Positions 21,346 to 31,196 of a stretch of 64,000 nucleotides of DNA are shown here, one piece after another. This DNA comes from a virus. A model generated the notes under the pieces. It saw only the letters and a list, made by a program, of their open reading frames with translations, searched no databases and was not told where the DNA came from. The stretch lies in IMG/VR virus record IMGVR_UViG_3300018080_000001, positions 64,001 through 128,000 of that record. One strand, written 5' to 3'. How positions within the stretch are numbered: position 1 is the first letter of the stretch; each line of letters opens with the position of its first letter. The position numbers and the translations under genes were made by a program.

Positions 21346-23805
21346 TTACTCTGAGCTAGAGAAAAACGGGTTGTCAACACTGTACTCACCGAAGAACCTC
21401 TTAGCCGGATACTTCAGGTAATACCAATACTTAAATGTGAATGTCCGTGGATCTGTACTCTGCGCTACCCGAATATCAGTCTGCGGATTAAGCCGTCTAC
21501 TTGTACCATCCGCATTTCTATACGGTCCAATTACTCCGGATTCTATATTCGCTTCAATCCCATTTTTAATCCAGGACTTAATATCACTGACAAAATCAGC
21601 CAAATCATCAGGAACAACGCCGCGAACATTATTATCCAGTAAATTATTAATCGTAGAAGTCAGAACATCATTAGCCGCACTAGATTGAGGTTCCTCAAAA
21701 GATACAACTCCAGCACCCCCAGCCTCAGTAGTAAGGGGGTCCAGCATCACAGCACGACCACCCGTCATTGTAATAACATTCACGCCACTATCAGCGAGAG
21801 TATGTCTCTCAGCATCCAAATATGTTTCAAAGTTCTCAATCTCAAATCCAACAATAGTATCACCCACCATAGCGTCTGAAGGATTATCCAACGAAGCAAA
21901 ATGTGCGGCAACAGCTACGGACAAGTATGATCCATCTACTTCTATGGTAACTTCCCTATCATCCTCTAGAGTAAGAATTCTATCCGCCTCTGTAGGAGCT
22001 TGCAAAATCTGCCTGCCTCTACCGGGAGAGGTGTTACCGGGCTGGAGGGTGACTGTAGACCGATAAACTAAAGTATCGGGAGTATCAGGATCTCCAATAT
22101 CAGAGCCCCTAGCCATCCCGTACCAGCCCCGGCGCGGTTTCTTCTCATAGAGAGAAGACATATCAGAAACATGCTCTTGCAGATATACGGCAGAATCCAA
22201 AGAAGTATCAATAACTATAACCTCAGTAATTGAACTGCTCTGCTCACAAACATCAATTGCAGCTCTAATTTGTGCGGTACTTGGTGTACCAGGAACTGTC
22301 GTATCATCTATCTGTATGAGATAAATAGAAGAAGCATCATTCTCAAATGCAATTTCTCCGGCGATGCAAAGCTTATTCCGTGTATAATTATCAATAGTCA
22401 ACGGAGAAGTATACTCATAAAGCTGCGTTGGATTATAAACCCTATGTGGTTCTGTATAATCTGTAGAAGCTCTCGTATGATCGTAAGTTACATAATAAGT
22501 CGTAGCGAATGCAGGTCTACTACCAGTTCCCAAGGTTTCGTATGGAAGGCTAGAAGCCGGAATACCAAACAGGGTGGTAAAAGCATTGTTAGCCACGGTA
22601 AAAAACTGAACTGAAGAAGAATTCCCCTTAGCCGTAGGGTAATTCTCAAATGGATCAGGAGTCGTAACAGCTAGTGTCGTACCACCCACAACATAAGCAC
22701 AGTGGGAGAACTGAGGGCCATAATTAGTACTGGCATTAAGAGCAAGATTAATGTCTTCCGCCACTTGAGCAGCCGTCTGAGCACCACCAGCAGTTAATGT
22801 AACCGTAAGCTGCGCTCCATCATTAATAGACATCAAAAGAGCATCGTTAGTAGCTAATACAATAGCATAGGGTCCGGCAATACCAGTAAGATTTGCTTCG
22901 GCTGAAGAAGTAGTTACCCAATCAACAGTATTACCTGTTTTTTCATAATCTGAATTCTTTGTATAGGACACAGCACCAGGATACGCACCAACATAGGTAA
23001 TACTACTCAAGGGCGTAGTTGCTGTAGCTGAAGTAAGAGGATCTACAACAGTATCCACTGTAACATAATCAATTGTATATGTAGTACTAGAATTATAAAC
23101 AGCATCCGTAACCCTAACCACAGTAGGTGCCTGATAACCAATAGCAGCGGTAGGAACCCACGCCGCATTAGAGATGGTAGAAGCTGCATCCGCATAAGTA
23201 GCAGCTAAATCCTGATACGATAGAAAAACTTTAACATCCGAGGCAGAAGTTGTAATAGGGGATGTAATCACAAGCGTATCATTTGCTACCGCACCTGTAA
23301 TAGTTGTAGCAACTGCATTATATGCAGTACCATATGCAGGATCAGCAGCAAGAGCCGTGTTAATATCCGTGGCAATAGTTGTAATCGGGGTAGCAGCACC
23401 AGAAGTAAGGGTAATAGTTAATACCTTTTTACCATCCAAAGAAATAGTAAATTTAGTATTAGTTGTAGTGTTAGCAGTAGCACCCGCAACAGCATTACCC
23501 GTAATAGTAGCCGCAACAAAACTCCAATCACCCAAACCCATGGCGTTAGCGTTTGCATATAGAACAGAGTTGTTTCGGCTTCTGTCGCAAGTATTCGTAA
23601 GAGTGGCAGTATGCGGAGAAACGGCGGCCACAGTTAACGTTTCATCGTAAACCTTACCCCTGATTACAGCCTCACTAGTTACTCGGCGTGTACGGGGAGC
23701 TATCGCCACAATAGCCGGTGTTCTTTCAGACGTTACTGAAACAGAACCAGGCTCATTTACCTGTTGTATATAACTACCAGGATCTACATAACCAACAGCT
23801 ACCAT
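21346..23805 (-). CDS. Contractile tail sheath protein
   Basis: N-terminal 'YVDPGSYIQQ' and sheath C-terminal 'L...GVNVI...DPRTFTFKYWYYLKYPAKRF'. Contains inserted surface domains. Confidence 0.9.
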   Translation of the reverse strand: MVAVGYVDPGSYIQQVNEPGSVSVTSERTPAIVAIAPRTRRVTSEAVIRGKVYDETLTVAAVSPHTATLTNTCDRSRNNSVLYANANAMGLGDWSFVAATITGNAVAGATANTTTNTKFTISLDGKKVLTITLTSGAATPITTIATDINTALAADPAYGTAYNAVATTITGAVANDTLVITSPITTSASDVKVFLSYQDLAATYADAASTISNAAWVPTAAIGYQAPTVVRVTDAVYNSSTTYTIDYVTVDTVVDPLTSATATTPLSSITYVGAYPGAVSYTKNSDYEKTGNTVDWVTTSSAEANLTGIAGPYAIVLATNDALLMSINDGAQLTVTLTAGGAQTAAQVAEDINLALNASTNYGPQFSHCAYVVGGTTLAVTTPDPFENYPTAKGNSSSVQFFTVANNAFTTLFGIPASSLPYETLGTGSRPAFATTYYVTYDHTRASTDYTEPHRVYNPTQLYEYTSPLTIDNYTRNKLCIAGEIAFENDASSIYLIQIDDTTVPGTPSTAQIRAAIDVCEQSSSITEVIVIDTSLDSAVYLQEHVSDMSSLYEKKPRRGWYGMARGSDIGDPDTPDTLVYRSTVTLQPGNTSPGRGRQILQAPTEADRILTLEDDREVTIEVDGSYLSVAVAAHFASLDNPSDAMVGDTIVGFEIENFETYLDAERHTLADSGVNVITMTGGRAVMLDPLTTEAGGAGVVSFEEPQSSAANDVLTSTINNLLDNNVRGVVPDDLADFVSDIKSWIKNGIEANIESGVIGPYRNADGTSRRLNPQTDIRVAQSTDPRTFTFKYWYYLKYPAKRFFGEYSVDNPFFSSSE

Positions 23806-23951
23806 GTCTATTTTCTCCTGTTTGATAGGACATTAATAAACTTAAATATATCGAGAGAGTATTTCATACGACTCCGCTTATAAAGCGCCCAAATTCATTT
23901 TATTTTATCTTGTTATTTGTAGGGATTTTTAAAGATATAGAACAGATCGGT

Positions 23952-25124
23952 TTATCTAGGTAATTTATTATTATATTTTATCCAGTCCTTACCAAAATAG
24001 TCACCATTAGGAATTTCATTATATAATTCAGGTCTTACGTTATCTCGCTCTAAGAAAACAGGGGGAGTAACTAAATCTCTATCTATATAGTCGGCGGCAA
24101 AAACAGGTATAGATCCTCTTCTAGCATATATATAATCATAAGTTTCTCCACCATATCTTGTAGTATTCAACTCGGCAGACCAGTTAAATTGACTCTGAAA
24201 AATTATATGAAACCATTCCGCAGGGTCTAAGCCTCTTTCTTGGTAGGAGCGTCCTATAAATTGAAATCGTCGCTTTTCCATATAAAAAGTAAAAAAATTA
24301 TATACTAAATCTGCTAACTCTGTTCTTGTATTTAAATCATCAGTGACAATATCCACACTCACAGTCATATCACCACAAGAAACGTATCTATTCTTAGGTG
24401 GATTATCTGTATTCAAATAAGTATCAGAATCGCCTATAACAAAACCCAAAGTATTTAAACAATCTGTATCACCACCAGTTATTTCAATATAATTTGGAGA
24501 AGTTAATCCACAAGGACCACCTGTAGAAATTCTTATCTTATCATCACTCGTAGGCTCTAAATTATAGTATAAAGCTTGTGTCCTGTTAATAGCGCTACAT
24601 AACTCTGCCGTTGTAACTGCTGTCATACTACTAAATAAAGACGCATCAAAAGTTATAGTGGACGTTGTTTCACTATCAGACGCTCCACCAGGCCATGTTT
24701 TGAACTCAAGTGTCCAACCATCTGTTAAATCATATGGACCTTCAATACTACTTATAATAGAAGGCGCGTACTGAACATGAGTTACGAAACTATCCCCTAT
24801 ACCCAGTTTTCTCTCGCGAAGAATGGTAGAAGTTATAGCCACCATCGGAAATTCATCCGGAGTATCTGCATAAGCCATAACTAAATCAACAGAATTTTCT
24901 AAATTGGATTCATTTCCCGTAGCACCAATGGCAAACTTTTGTATATTTGGTGTTTCTGTTATTTTTGTATTGGCATCAGCTACTTTATAATCAAAGAATT
25001 TTTTTAACTCAGAAGCAAAAGCATCTTTAGTCGTTTCTACTAATTGACCAAAACGGGGTGGATCAGTAGAATCATAAGGCTGTGTAGGAACATATTTACG
25101 ATCTGCTAAATTTTCAGTTGACAT
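23952..25124 (-). CDS. Tail completion/terminator-like protein
   Basis: Motifs 'FPMVAIT', 'VSVDIVTDDLNTRTELADLV'. Directly upstream of the sheath. Confidence 0.55.
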   Translation of the reverse strand: MSTENLADRKYVPTQPYDSTDPPRFGQLVETTKDAFASELKKFFDYKVADANTKITETPNIQKFAIGATGNESNLENSVDLVMAYADTPDEFPMVAITSTILRERKLGIGDSFVTHVQYAPSIISSIEGPYDLTDGWTLEFKTWPGGASDSETTSTITFDASLFSSMTAVTTAELCSAINRTQALYYNLEPTSDDKIRISTGGPCGLTSPNYIEITGGDTDCLNTLGFVIGDSDTYLNTDNPPKNRYVSCGDMTVSVDIVTDDLNTRTELADLVYNFFTFYMEKRRFQFIGRSYQERGLDPAEWFHIIFQSQFNWSAELNTTRYGGETYDYIYARRGSIPVFAADYIDRDLVTPPVFLERDNVRPELYNEIPNGDYFGKDWIKYNNKLPR

Positions 25125-25127
25125 CTA

Positions 25128-25574
25128 TTAATCTTCCTCAGTTTCACCCAATGCTTTTAAACCTTCTTCTTCCATTTTTTTAAGTCTAGTATAATAATCG
25201 GGTATCTCATTTAAATGATCCAAGGAGATGCGTCGAGAAGTTTCCATATCATCTGTATGCTCGTATTCAACTTCTACCCCCATTGCTAACTCTTTAGGAT
25301 CTACTTCATCTAGCCCAATACCAACTTCATTAGCCCGTCCTGTAGTCAAAAAAATAACATATAATGTAGCCAATTCATAAATGTACTGTTCTATTTTGTC
25401 TACATCATACCCTTCTTCTTCACACCAATCGTGTACCTGATCATCCGTAGGATTAGGGTTATCTTTAATAAATTCTATAATATCTCCGCGTACTTTATCA
25501 TCAGATTTTTGCTGACCATAAAGAGATTTATAAATACGATGAAAACCTTGGTCCCTAATAGTTTTCATTACCAT
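25128..25574 (-). CDS. DUF5661-like acidic protein with shared N-terminal leader
   Basis: 'ELAMGVEVEYEHTDD...ISLDHLNEIPDYYTRL' resembles DUF5661. Leader IRDQGFHRIYKSLYGQ. Confidence 0.65.
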   Translation of the reverse strand: MVMKTIRDQGFHRIYKSLYGQQKSDDKVRGDIIEFIKDNPNPTDDQVHDWCEEEGYDVDKIEQYIYELATLYVIFLTTGRANEVGIGLDEVDPKELAMGVEVEYEHTDDMETSRRISLDHLNEIPDYYTRLKKMEEEGLKALGETEED

Positions 25575-25586
25575 TATACTCCACCA

Positions 25587-26039
25587 TCACGTTTGATAAA
25601 TTTCATCGTCATCAATAAATAAATCAACTGTACCAAATTTATCAGCAGCCGCACTCAAAGCATCTCCAAAATCACCCCAATCACCATCCCAAAAACCCGC
25701 TCCATGCCCATTTCTAGTTAACCAAAAATCGTGTCCTGCTCTAGCTTCATCATTTCCCGTAACTTCATATGCTTGAGAAAGGAGTTCCTCATTTTCCAAC
25801 TGAAATTTAGAACAATCTTCTCGCATCTTATCAATAGTTTCACGATTTATATCATCTATACTATAATTTTCATCCAAAGGAACACCACCACTTGGATCAG
25901 ACTCATCATTTGTCGACCACAAGGCTGTTTCCATATATTGTTGAGTAAACTCATCAATTTCCGGAATAACATAACCTTGTGCTACCTTAAGAACTCTATT
26001 AATTCTACCCATACCTGCATCTGAAATACCGCGTTTCAT
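25587..26039 (-). CDS. Acidic conserved phage protein with shared leader
   Basis: Contains the 'GHDFWLTRNGHGAGFWD' motif. Leader ISDAGMGRINRVLKVAQ. Confidence 0.65.
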   Translation of the reverse strand: MKRGISDAGMGRINRVLKVAQGYVIPEIDEFTQQYMETALWSTNDESDPSGGVPLDENYSIDDINRETIDKMREDCSKFQLENEELLSQAYEVTGNDEARAGHDFWLTRNGHGAGFWDGDWGDFGDALSAAADKFGTVDLFIDDDEIYQT

Positions 26040-26040
26040 T

Positions 26041-26427
26041 TCATTCCTCCAATCTCTTTAGCATCTGCGATAATGCATCTTGTTTATCATAAGGCCACAC
26101 CCAAACTAAGTTATTATCCGCATCCAAAGTACTAAAATTAATATCAAAATAATCTAAGCCCATTTCCAATAGCTGTCCGGCCCTCATTGGCTCTACAACA
26201 ATATCCCTTTGCAATCTTGATCTCAAATCTTCTGCCGTATCCGAATCAGGAACAAAGTATACTTCTCTTTCCCCATTAGGACCTGTTACTATGACTGAAA
26301 AACCTTCAGTATCTTCTATACTACCCGCAGATTCTTCCGATAATGATTGACCTTTTACAATTTTAGCCAACCTTTTAAAATCATTGGAAAATGCTTCCCC
26401 GAAACTTGTGTTCACGCTTCTCCCCAT
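26041..26427 (-). CDS. Acidic hypothetical protein with degenerate shared leader
   Basis: Likely start is the ATG at 26427 (AAGGAAG RBS). Leader FSNDFKRLAKIVKGQ. Confidence 0.6.
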   Translation of the reverse strand: MGRSVNTSFGEAFSNDFKRLAKIVKGQSLSEESAGSIEDTEGFSVIVTGPNGEREVYFVPDSDTAEDLRSRLQRDIVVEPMRAGQLLEMGLDYFDINFSTLDADNNLVWVWPYDKQDALSQMLKRLEE

Positions 26428-26438
26428 TTTTCTTCCTT

Positions 26439-27503
26439 TTACCAAACCAATGAAAATGGTCCTACTGGATCTACGTATCGTATATCCATTGTCTGTTGTA
26501 CTATCACATAGGCAAAAGGATCTGAAGGTGACCAACTTGTAACCTTATATCTAGATCCTGTTTGCACACCATCTTTTATCTCAAACAAAACTTTATTATC
26601 TTTTACATATTCATCTTCAGACCCTATTTCAATTGTAGGATCAAATAAAGAAAATCCCGCCGTCCACACTTTTAAATTATCTTGAACAGGCAAATCCGCG
26701 TGCTCACCCTTAGTATTCCTACTAATAGGAATTGAACGCATCAATAATACCCAAGGTCCAAATCTGTACTCTCCACAATCGGATTTTTCCGAATCTGCAC
26801 CACCTAAAGCATCTCCAGAAGATAAATCAATCCTCGCATATCTTGCTCTAACTATCTCAAATGCAGGAGTTATTATACTGGTGGTATCCCGCGTTAATGT
26901 AGCTTTAAACCTTATATTACCGGAAGAAGGATTTACTGTAGCGAGATTGTCTATATCATCCCAAATAATACCGGAATCCAAAGAATATTCAACAACGACA
27001 TTAGATTGTCCTTCAATACGGACAAATGATAAAGCCTGTGATTCCCAAGTAGATCCAAAAGCTGTTCGACTAAATGATTTATCTCCTGATTCTATAGTAC
27101 CTGAAGTAGAAGTAGAAGTTAAAACAACTTTCGCCGATTTGAAAGTCTTTGTTATTTCAACTCCTGTAAGAGTTACATCAGAATCCGTAGCCGACATCCA
27201 CACAGTATCATAACCAAATTTTAAATAACCAGGAACATACCTCTCACCATAGCAAGAGCCACATTTGGCGTCTGATTGCTTATTGGATTGTTTATAACAA
27301 GCGCATTCATTACCACTTTTGACGCCCATCCACATATCAGATCGGATTCCCCCCGCAAGAATCTGCTCTATCAACAATGCTCTTTGAGAGGCATGTTCCT
27401 GTTCTGCTTTTACATGTTTGAAAATATCACGAGACCAAGATCCTGTGGCCATATGACCAAGACCTTCGCAACCATCCGCACCAAACCTACTCCAGCATAC
27501 CAT
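26439..27503 (-). CDS. Neck / head-closure-like protein
   Basis: Zn-binding neck-type motif 'CACY...CGSCYGERYVPGY' and C-terminal 'RYKVTSW...QQTMDI'. Lies between head and tail genes. Confidence 0.55.
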   Translation of the reverse strand: MVCWSRFGADGCEGLGHMATGSWSRDIFKHVKAEQEHASQRALLIEQILAGGIRSDMWMGVKSGNECACYKQSNKQSDAKCGSCYGERYVPGYLKFGYDTVWMSATDSDVTLTGVEITKTFKSAKVVLTSTSTSGTIESGDKSFSRTAFGSTWESQALSFVRIEGQSNVVVEYSLDSGIIWDDIDNLATVNPSSGNIRFKATLTRDTTSIITPAFEIVRARYARIDLSSGDALGGADSEKSDCGEYRFGPWVLLMRSIPISRNTKGEHADLPVQDNLKVWTAGFSLFDPTIEIGSEDEYVKDNKVLFEIKDGVQTGSRYKVTSWSPSDPFAYVIVQQTMDIRYVDPVGPFSLVW

Positions 27504-27679
27504 TATCTTCTCTCAAATGTTTCCTCTATAATCTCGTGTAAGCTTGTATTTTCATAATCGGAATCTTCTAATTTAGCTTTAAAATCTTCCCATTTATCAG
27601 GATCTAATAAATTAATAAAAAATATATTATCATCTTCAGTATCATTATTTAAATTAACTTTTTTATTGTTTATTATCAT
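27503..27679 (-). CDS. Small acidic hypothetical protein (58 aa, not in the ORF track)
   Basis: MIINNKKVNLNNDTEDDNIFFINLLDPDKW...FERR*. Fills the gap, and its stop overlaps the next ATG. Confidence 0.5.
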   Translation of the reverse strand: MIINNKKVNLNNDTEDDNIFFINLLDPDKWEDFKAKLEDSDYENTSLHEIIEETFERR

Positions 27680-27692
27680 TAATAAAAATTAA

Positions 27693-28028
27693 TTACCAAT
27701 TCATGGTTTGAGCAAGAATATAATCTTCCTCATTCATCCAATCAGGAACCTCTTTTAAAAGATCATCTGCCTCGTCTCCCTGAAAAAACCATCCGTCATC
27801 AGGATATTCAGGATTATCAATAGCTACATAAGGAAGACCTTGATTAATCTCCACAGTCCAACCTTCAGCTCTGGCTGCTTCTGCACGTTGTTCATAATCT
27901 TTTGCCATATTTTTTATTCGTTCAGCTTTTTCAGGATCTCCACCAGCGGCTTCCATATAAATGTCTTCTTCAAATACTTGTGCTACTTTAGCAATCCTTT
28001 TGAAACCATTATCTGATATACTTTTCAT
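27693..28028 (-). CDS. Acidic hypothetical protein with shared leader
   Basis: Likely start is the ATG at 28028 (AAGGAG RBS). Leader MKSISDNGFKRIAKVAQ. Confidence 0.65.
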   Translation of the reverse strand: MKSISDNGFKRIAKVAQVFEEDIYMEAAGGDPEKAERIKNMAKDYEQRAEAARAEGWTVEINQGLPYVAIDNPEYPDDGWFFQGDEADDLLKEVPDWMNEEDYILAQTMNW

Positions 28029-28032
28029 TTTT

Positions 28033-28278
28033 CTACTCCTTATATTGAGAACAGAATTTGTTGTCACCTTCAAAATTATATTCAACAACAGGTCGTCCAT
28101 TAAATGGGCAAACATCAAATATACAAGCAAATCTTTTTTCTTTAATTACACTCATTTTCTTTATTTTTTGTAGTGTATACGTACCATTTTTTACCATTTT
28201 ACCGTACACATCAAAATCCCCTACGACACCAGGAGCTGAACAAGTGTCATCTGATAAATTATAAAATCTACAAACCAA
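28033..28278 (-). CDS. Small Cys-rich hypothetical protein
   Basis: TTG start after a GGGGG RBS. Several cysteines, and it fits the gene packing. Confidence 0.5.
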   Translation of the reverse strand: MVCRFYNLSDDTCSAPGVVGDFDVYGKMVKNGTYTLQKIKKMSVIKEKRFACIFDVCPFNGRPVVEYNFEGDNKFCSQYKE

Positions 28279-28299
28279 ATTTTCCCCCTAATTTTTCTA

Positions 28300-29199
28300 C
28301 TATCCATTGAAATAATAATTCCTAAATAATGATCCTGTTGGTGAAGAGGCAATAAGGTTATACCACATATAGCCCATTCTCGTCTCAACACTCGCAGTAC
28401 CAGACCTTACAAATTTACGTTTAACTTCTGGTACATATTTATCTAACTCAGCTCTTAACTGATTCATCATCGGATTTAATCCTGAAAAATGCTGTAGTAC
28501 AAAACTATGACCCTGATCACTATATGAAGGTATATCGGTATCAATAGCAAATAAAGACTGCGAAGTAATACCAATATATAAAGAGGCTCGTATAAGAACA
28601 TCAGAAAATTGACTGACAGGAAAGTCATCTAAAGTATTCCAAACAGGGTACGGAGGTCTACCATTTATATAAGAAAGACCTTGCATAAGATATAAAATTA
28701 ACATACTATCACTGTACCCGATATAACAGTACTTCTCTGGAACGTTAGGTTTTATCGATTTATCAATCATCAAACGAAACATAGGCAAAATAGACAAAAC
28801 CTTAGGTGATACAACTTGCATCACTTGTGTTCTATATAAATTTTCTGTATTCTCATTAACTCTAGCATGCCAATTAAATAACGTAGTTCCCGACGTTGTA
28901 GTTTCATCAGGAAGCATTTTTATAGAATATTTTCCTGTAGCATCATGTCTGATACGACTAATAGTCGGTGGTGTAGGTTCTGGCCAGTAAGTATCTGTTA
29001 GTATACTCGTACCATTAGAATCAGTAACTTCTAAATCAAGAGCACCTTTAGAACCAGATGGTGTAGTTTCTTCAACTATATCCACCGGCTTACCCTCAGA
29101 ATCCAGTATAGTAACATCCACCAAACGATATGAATTAGTCCTAGCTAATTCAATCATATTCGCTACAGCAGGAACATCTAGTCCGGGTTCAATAATCAT
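28300..29199 (-). CDS. Head-tail adaptor / neck protein
   Basis: Ig-like N-terminus, then adaptor-like 'LRxMID...YSDSML...L..IN..PP...SYSDQGHSF'. Located in the head-tail junction region. Confidence 0.6.
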   Translation of the reverse strand: MIIEPGLDVPAVANMIELARTNSYRLVDVTILDSEGKPVDIVEETTPSGSKGALDLEVTDSNGTSILTDTYWPEPTPPTISRIRHDATGKYSIKMLPDETTTSGTTLFNWHARVNENTENLYRTQVMQVVSPKVLSILPMFRLMIDKSIKPNVPEKYCYIGYSDSMLILYLMQGLSYINGRPPYPVWNTLDDFPVSQFSDVLIRASLYIGITSQSLFAIDTDIPSYSDQGHSFVLQHFSGLNPMMNQLRAELDKYVPEVKRKFVRSGTASVETRMGYMWYNLIASSPTGSLFRNYYFNG

Positions 29200-29204
29200 C
29201 GTAT

Positions 29205-29426
29205 TTAAAAAGAACTTAAATGAGTCTCCGATAAACTCTTTACTTTAGCCAGAAACTCCATGTACGCAGAATCCAACCCTTCTCGTACTTCCGCATCTAA
29301 CCAAGACGGTAGATCTTCCCAAATAGGTTCAATTGCGGTATATAAACGAGAAGAAAGACCCTCCATAGTTTGTTGTGAATTTAAACTCTTAGCCACACGA
29401 CGTAATCCCTTGTCAGAAATAGACAT
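29205..29426 (-). CDS. Small protein with shared leader
   Basis: Leader MSISDKGLRRVAKSLNSQ. Confidence 0.6.
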   Translation of the reverse strand: MSISDKGLRRVAKSLNSQQTMEGLSSRLYTAIEPIWEDLPSWLDAEVREGLDSAYMEFLAKVKSLSETHLSSF

Positions 29427-29437
29427 ATTTCACCTTC

Positions 29438-29818
29438 CTAATCTCCTAGCAATGCCACCACCACGTTCGCATCCACTGGAGTTGCTGTAATTGTTATTGC
29501 CGTAATACCTGCCTTATAAAACATCATAGCGCCATCAGCGGCTATATTGAAAGTATCTGTGCCACCGTTTAGTACAACCTGAATAGCAGCGTCAGTACCG
29601 ACATAAACCATATCGGCAGACGCTACAGTACCAAAAGGAATCGCAACAGGTGCGCCTGTAACTATTTTATAAGAATTAGCACCACCTTCATTATAAGTTA
29701 ATTGGGGACCTGTCGTATCCGAAGATGTGATAGTAGGTGCTCCCAATATTACAGATGTATTAGCCCCACCTGTTACCGTCGGATACGCAATAGTTCCGGT
29801 TAACGTTGCTGTAGCCAT
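29438..29818 (-). CDS. Small beta-rich virion structural protein
   Basis: Thr/Ala/Gly-rich, 126 aa, in the structural region. Confidence 0.5.
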   Translation of the reverse strand: MATATLTGTIAYPTVTGGANTSVILGAPTITSSDTTGPQLTYNEGGANSYKIVTGAPVAIPFGTVASADMVYVGTDAAIQVVLNGGTDTFNIAADGAMMFYKAGITAITITATPVDANVVVALLGD

Positions 29819-29819
29819 T

Positions 29820-30290
29820 TTATATGCTCCCGTCTGTTGCCCAATTTACACCAAAAGCTAGCCCCACTGCTAATAAACCACCAGTCAAAATACCTGCAAT
29901 ATAAATAAATGTCGGCGTTTTATACCAAGCATTCTTTTCTTTCAATCTATTTTCATATACTTCGCGTTCTTTTATTCTCAAATCATGCTCAGCTTCAAAA
30001 GACAATTTCCATTTATCACTTATCTTCTCAGTGACCTCTATATTAAGTTGTTTTAATTTTATAATCTCATCTTTTAATTTTAACTCTTCCTTCAATAAGG
30101 ATATCTTCTCACGACTTATTTGTAATTCCTTAAGATCAATTAATACTCTCTTACCAATATCTAAAGAAAAAAAATAGCCTTCAGTACCCTTATAATTTAT
30201 AACCGCACGTTCTACTTTATCCGCGTAAGACACAAAAGTAAAACTAGTAATTATTATACAAACTAATAAACTTTTTATGTTTAACAACAC
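29820..30290 (-). CDS. Spanin-like coiled-coil protein (signal peptide plus C-terminal TM)
   Basis: N-terminal signal sequence, coiled coil, then 'WYK...TM'. Overlaps the upstream TM/coiled-coil gene by one base. Confidence 0.45.
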   Translation of the reverse strand: MLLNIKSLLVCIIITSFTFVSYADKVERAVINYKGTEGYFFSLDIGKRVLIDLKELQISREKISLLKEELKLKDEIIKLKQLNIEVTEKISDKWKLSFEAEHDLRIKEREVYENRLKEKNAWYKTPTFIYIAGILTGGLLAVGLAFGVNWATDGSI

Positions 30291-30643
30291 TAATAACCCA
30301 TGTTTTCAAACTCTTTAAGAACCTCTTCGGGTTTCATACTTTTAATTTTCTCTTTCTCAATATTTAATTTATTATCTAACTTTTCTATTTTATTATTTAT
30401 TTTAATAACTTCAGAAGTAATAAATCCTTCTTTTTCTTCTATAATCCTCTTCTCCGTATTTAAATTAGCTATTTCTGCTTGTACTCTGGCTATTTTAGCT
30501 TCTTTTCTAGCTATAAAAACTTCTTCACTATTTTTTCTTAATATAATATAACAAATAGAAACTATAACAGCTACCAAACCGGAAGCTATCCAAATAATAT
30601 TTTTCTTAATCCAATTCCAAACTTTTTTCATCTTATATATCAC
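30290..30643 (-). CDS. i-spanin-like protein
   Basis: One N-terminal TM followed by a Lys/Glu coiled coil. Near the holin-like gene. Confidence 0.5.
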   Translation of the reverse strand: MIYKMKKVWNWIKKNIIWIASGLVAVIVSICYIILRKNSEEVFIARKEAKIARVQAEIANLNTEKRIIEEKEGFITSEVIKINNKIEKLDNKLNIEKEKIKSMKPEEVLKEFENMGY

Positions 30644-30849
30644 TTATAAACATATTCACTAACAATACGCATTAGCTCGTCTTCCGGTATACTCTGCAAT
30701 ATAACCTCTAAAAAAGCAGTATCACCCACTTCGTTCCTAATTTTTTCTACAAAGTTAAAAGAATCTTCAAAAATATTCTCCTGTCCTACCAACTTCAAAC
30801 TACCGGCTATCCTACCTAAAGCATTGTCCGAAATACCTTTATTCAACAT
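30640..30849 (-). CDS. Small acidic protein with shared leader
   Basis: Likely start is the ATG at 30849 (AAGGAG RBS). Leader GISDNALGRIAGSLKLVGQ. Confidence 0.6.
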   Translation of the reverse strand: MLNKGISDNALGRIAGSLKLVGQENIFEDSFNFVEKIRNEVGDTAFLEVILQSIPEDELMRIVSEYVYK

Positions 30850-31186
30850 TTTGCTCTCCTTTAACAGCATTTTCTTTTTGTTTTAAAAACAATCGTAAAA
30901 ATCTTTTAACAAATGGATATGTAGAACCAGAAACAGATCCGGCAATAATACCTAGAATAATAGATTGCGCGAGTACCTCCGTAATGCGTAATCCTGGTAC
31001 AAAAGCCAGTACCATACCAAGTAAAAATGGCATAATAGTTATAACCAATTTATAAAATTCATTTTTCTCCAATTTTGGATTAACTGTATCAACTACTTTA
31101 CGAACAATAAATAGAATTATCCCCGTAAATAAAGATATCAACCAAAAATTTAATCCTGTAAATACAGAAATTATCTCTAATTCCAT
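30839..31186 (-). CDS. Putative holin
   Basis: 115 aa with three hydrophobic segments, 'LGIIAGSVSG..Y', and a basic C-terminus. Confidence 0.6.
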   Translation of the reverse strand: MELEIISVFTGLNFWLISLFTGIILFIVRKVVDTVNPKLEKNEFYKLVITIMPFLLGMVLAFVPGLRITEVLAQSIILGIIAGSVSGSTYPFVKRFLRLFLKQKENAVKGEQNVE

Positions 31187-31196
31187 GTCCTACCTC

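Noticed and set aside
2610-23805. Extracellular contractile injection system, tailocin or T6SS locus
   Set aside because: Portal, protease, scaffold, major capsid and terminase genes are in the same region, so this is a complete phage morphogenesis module.
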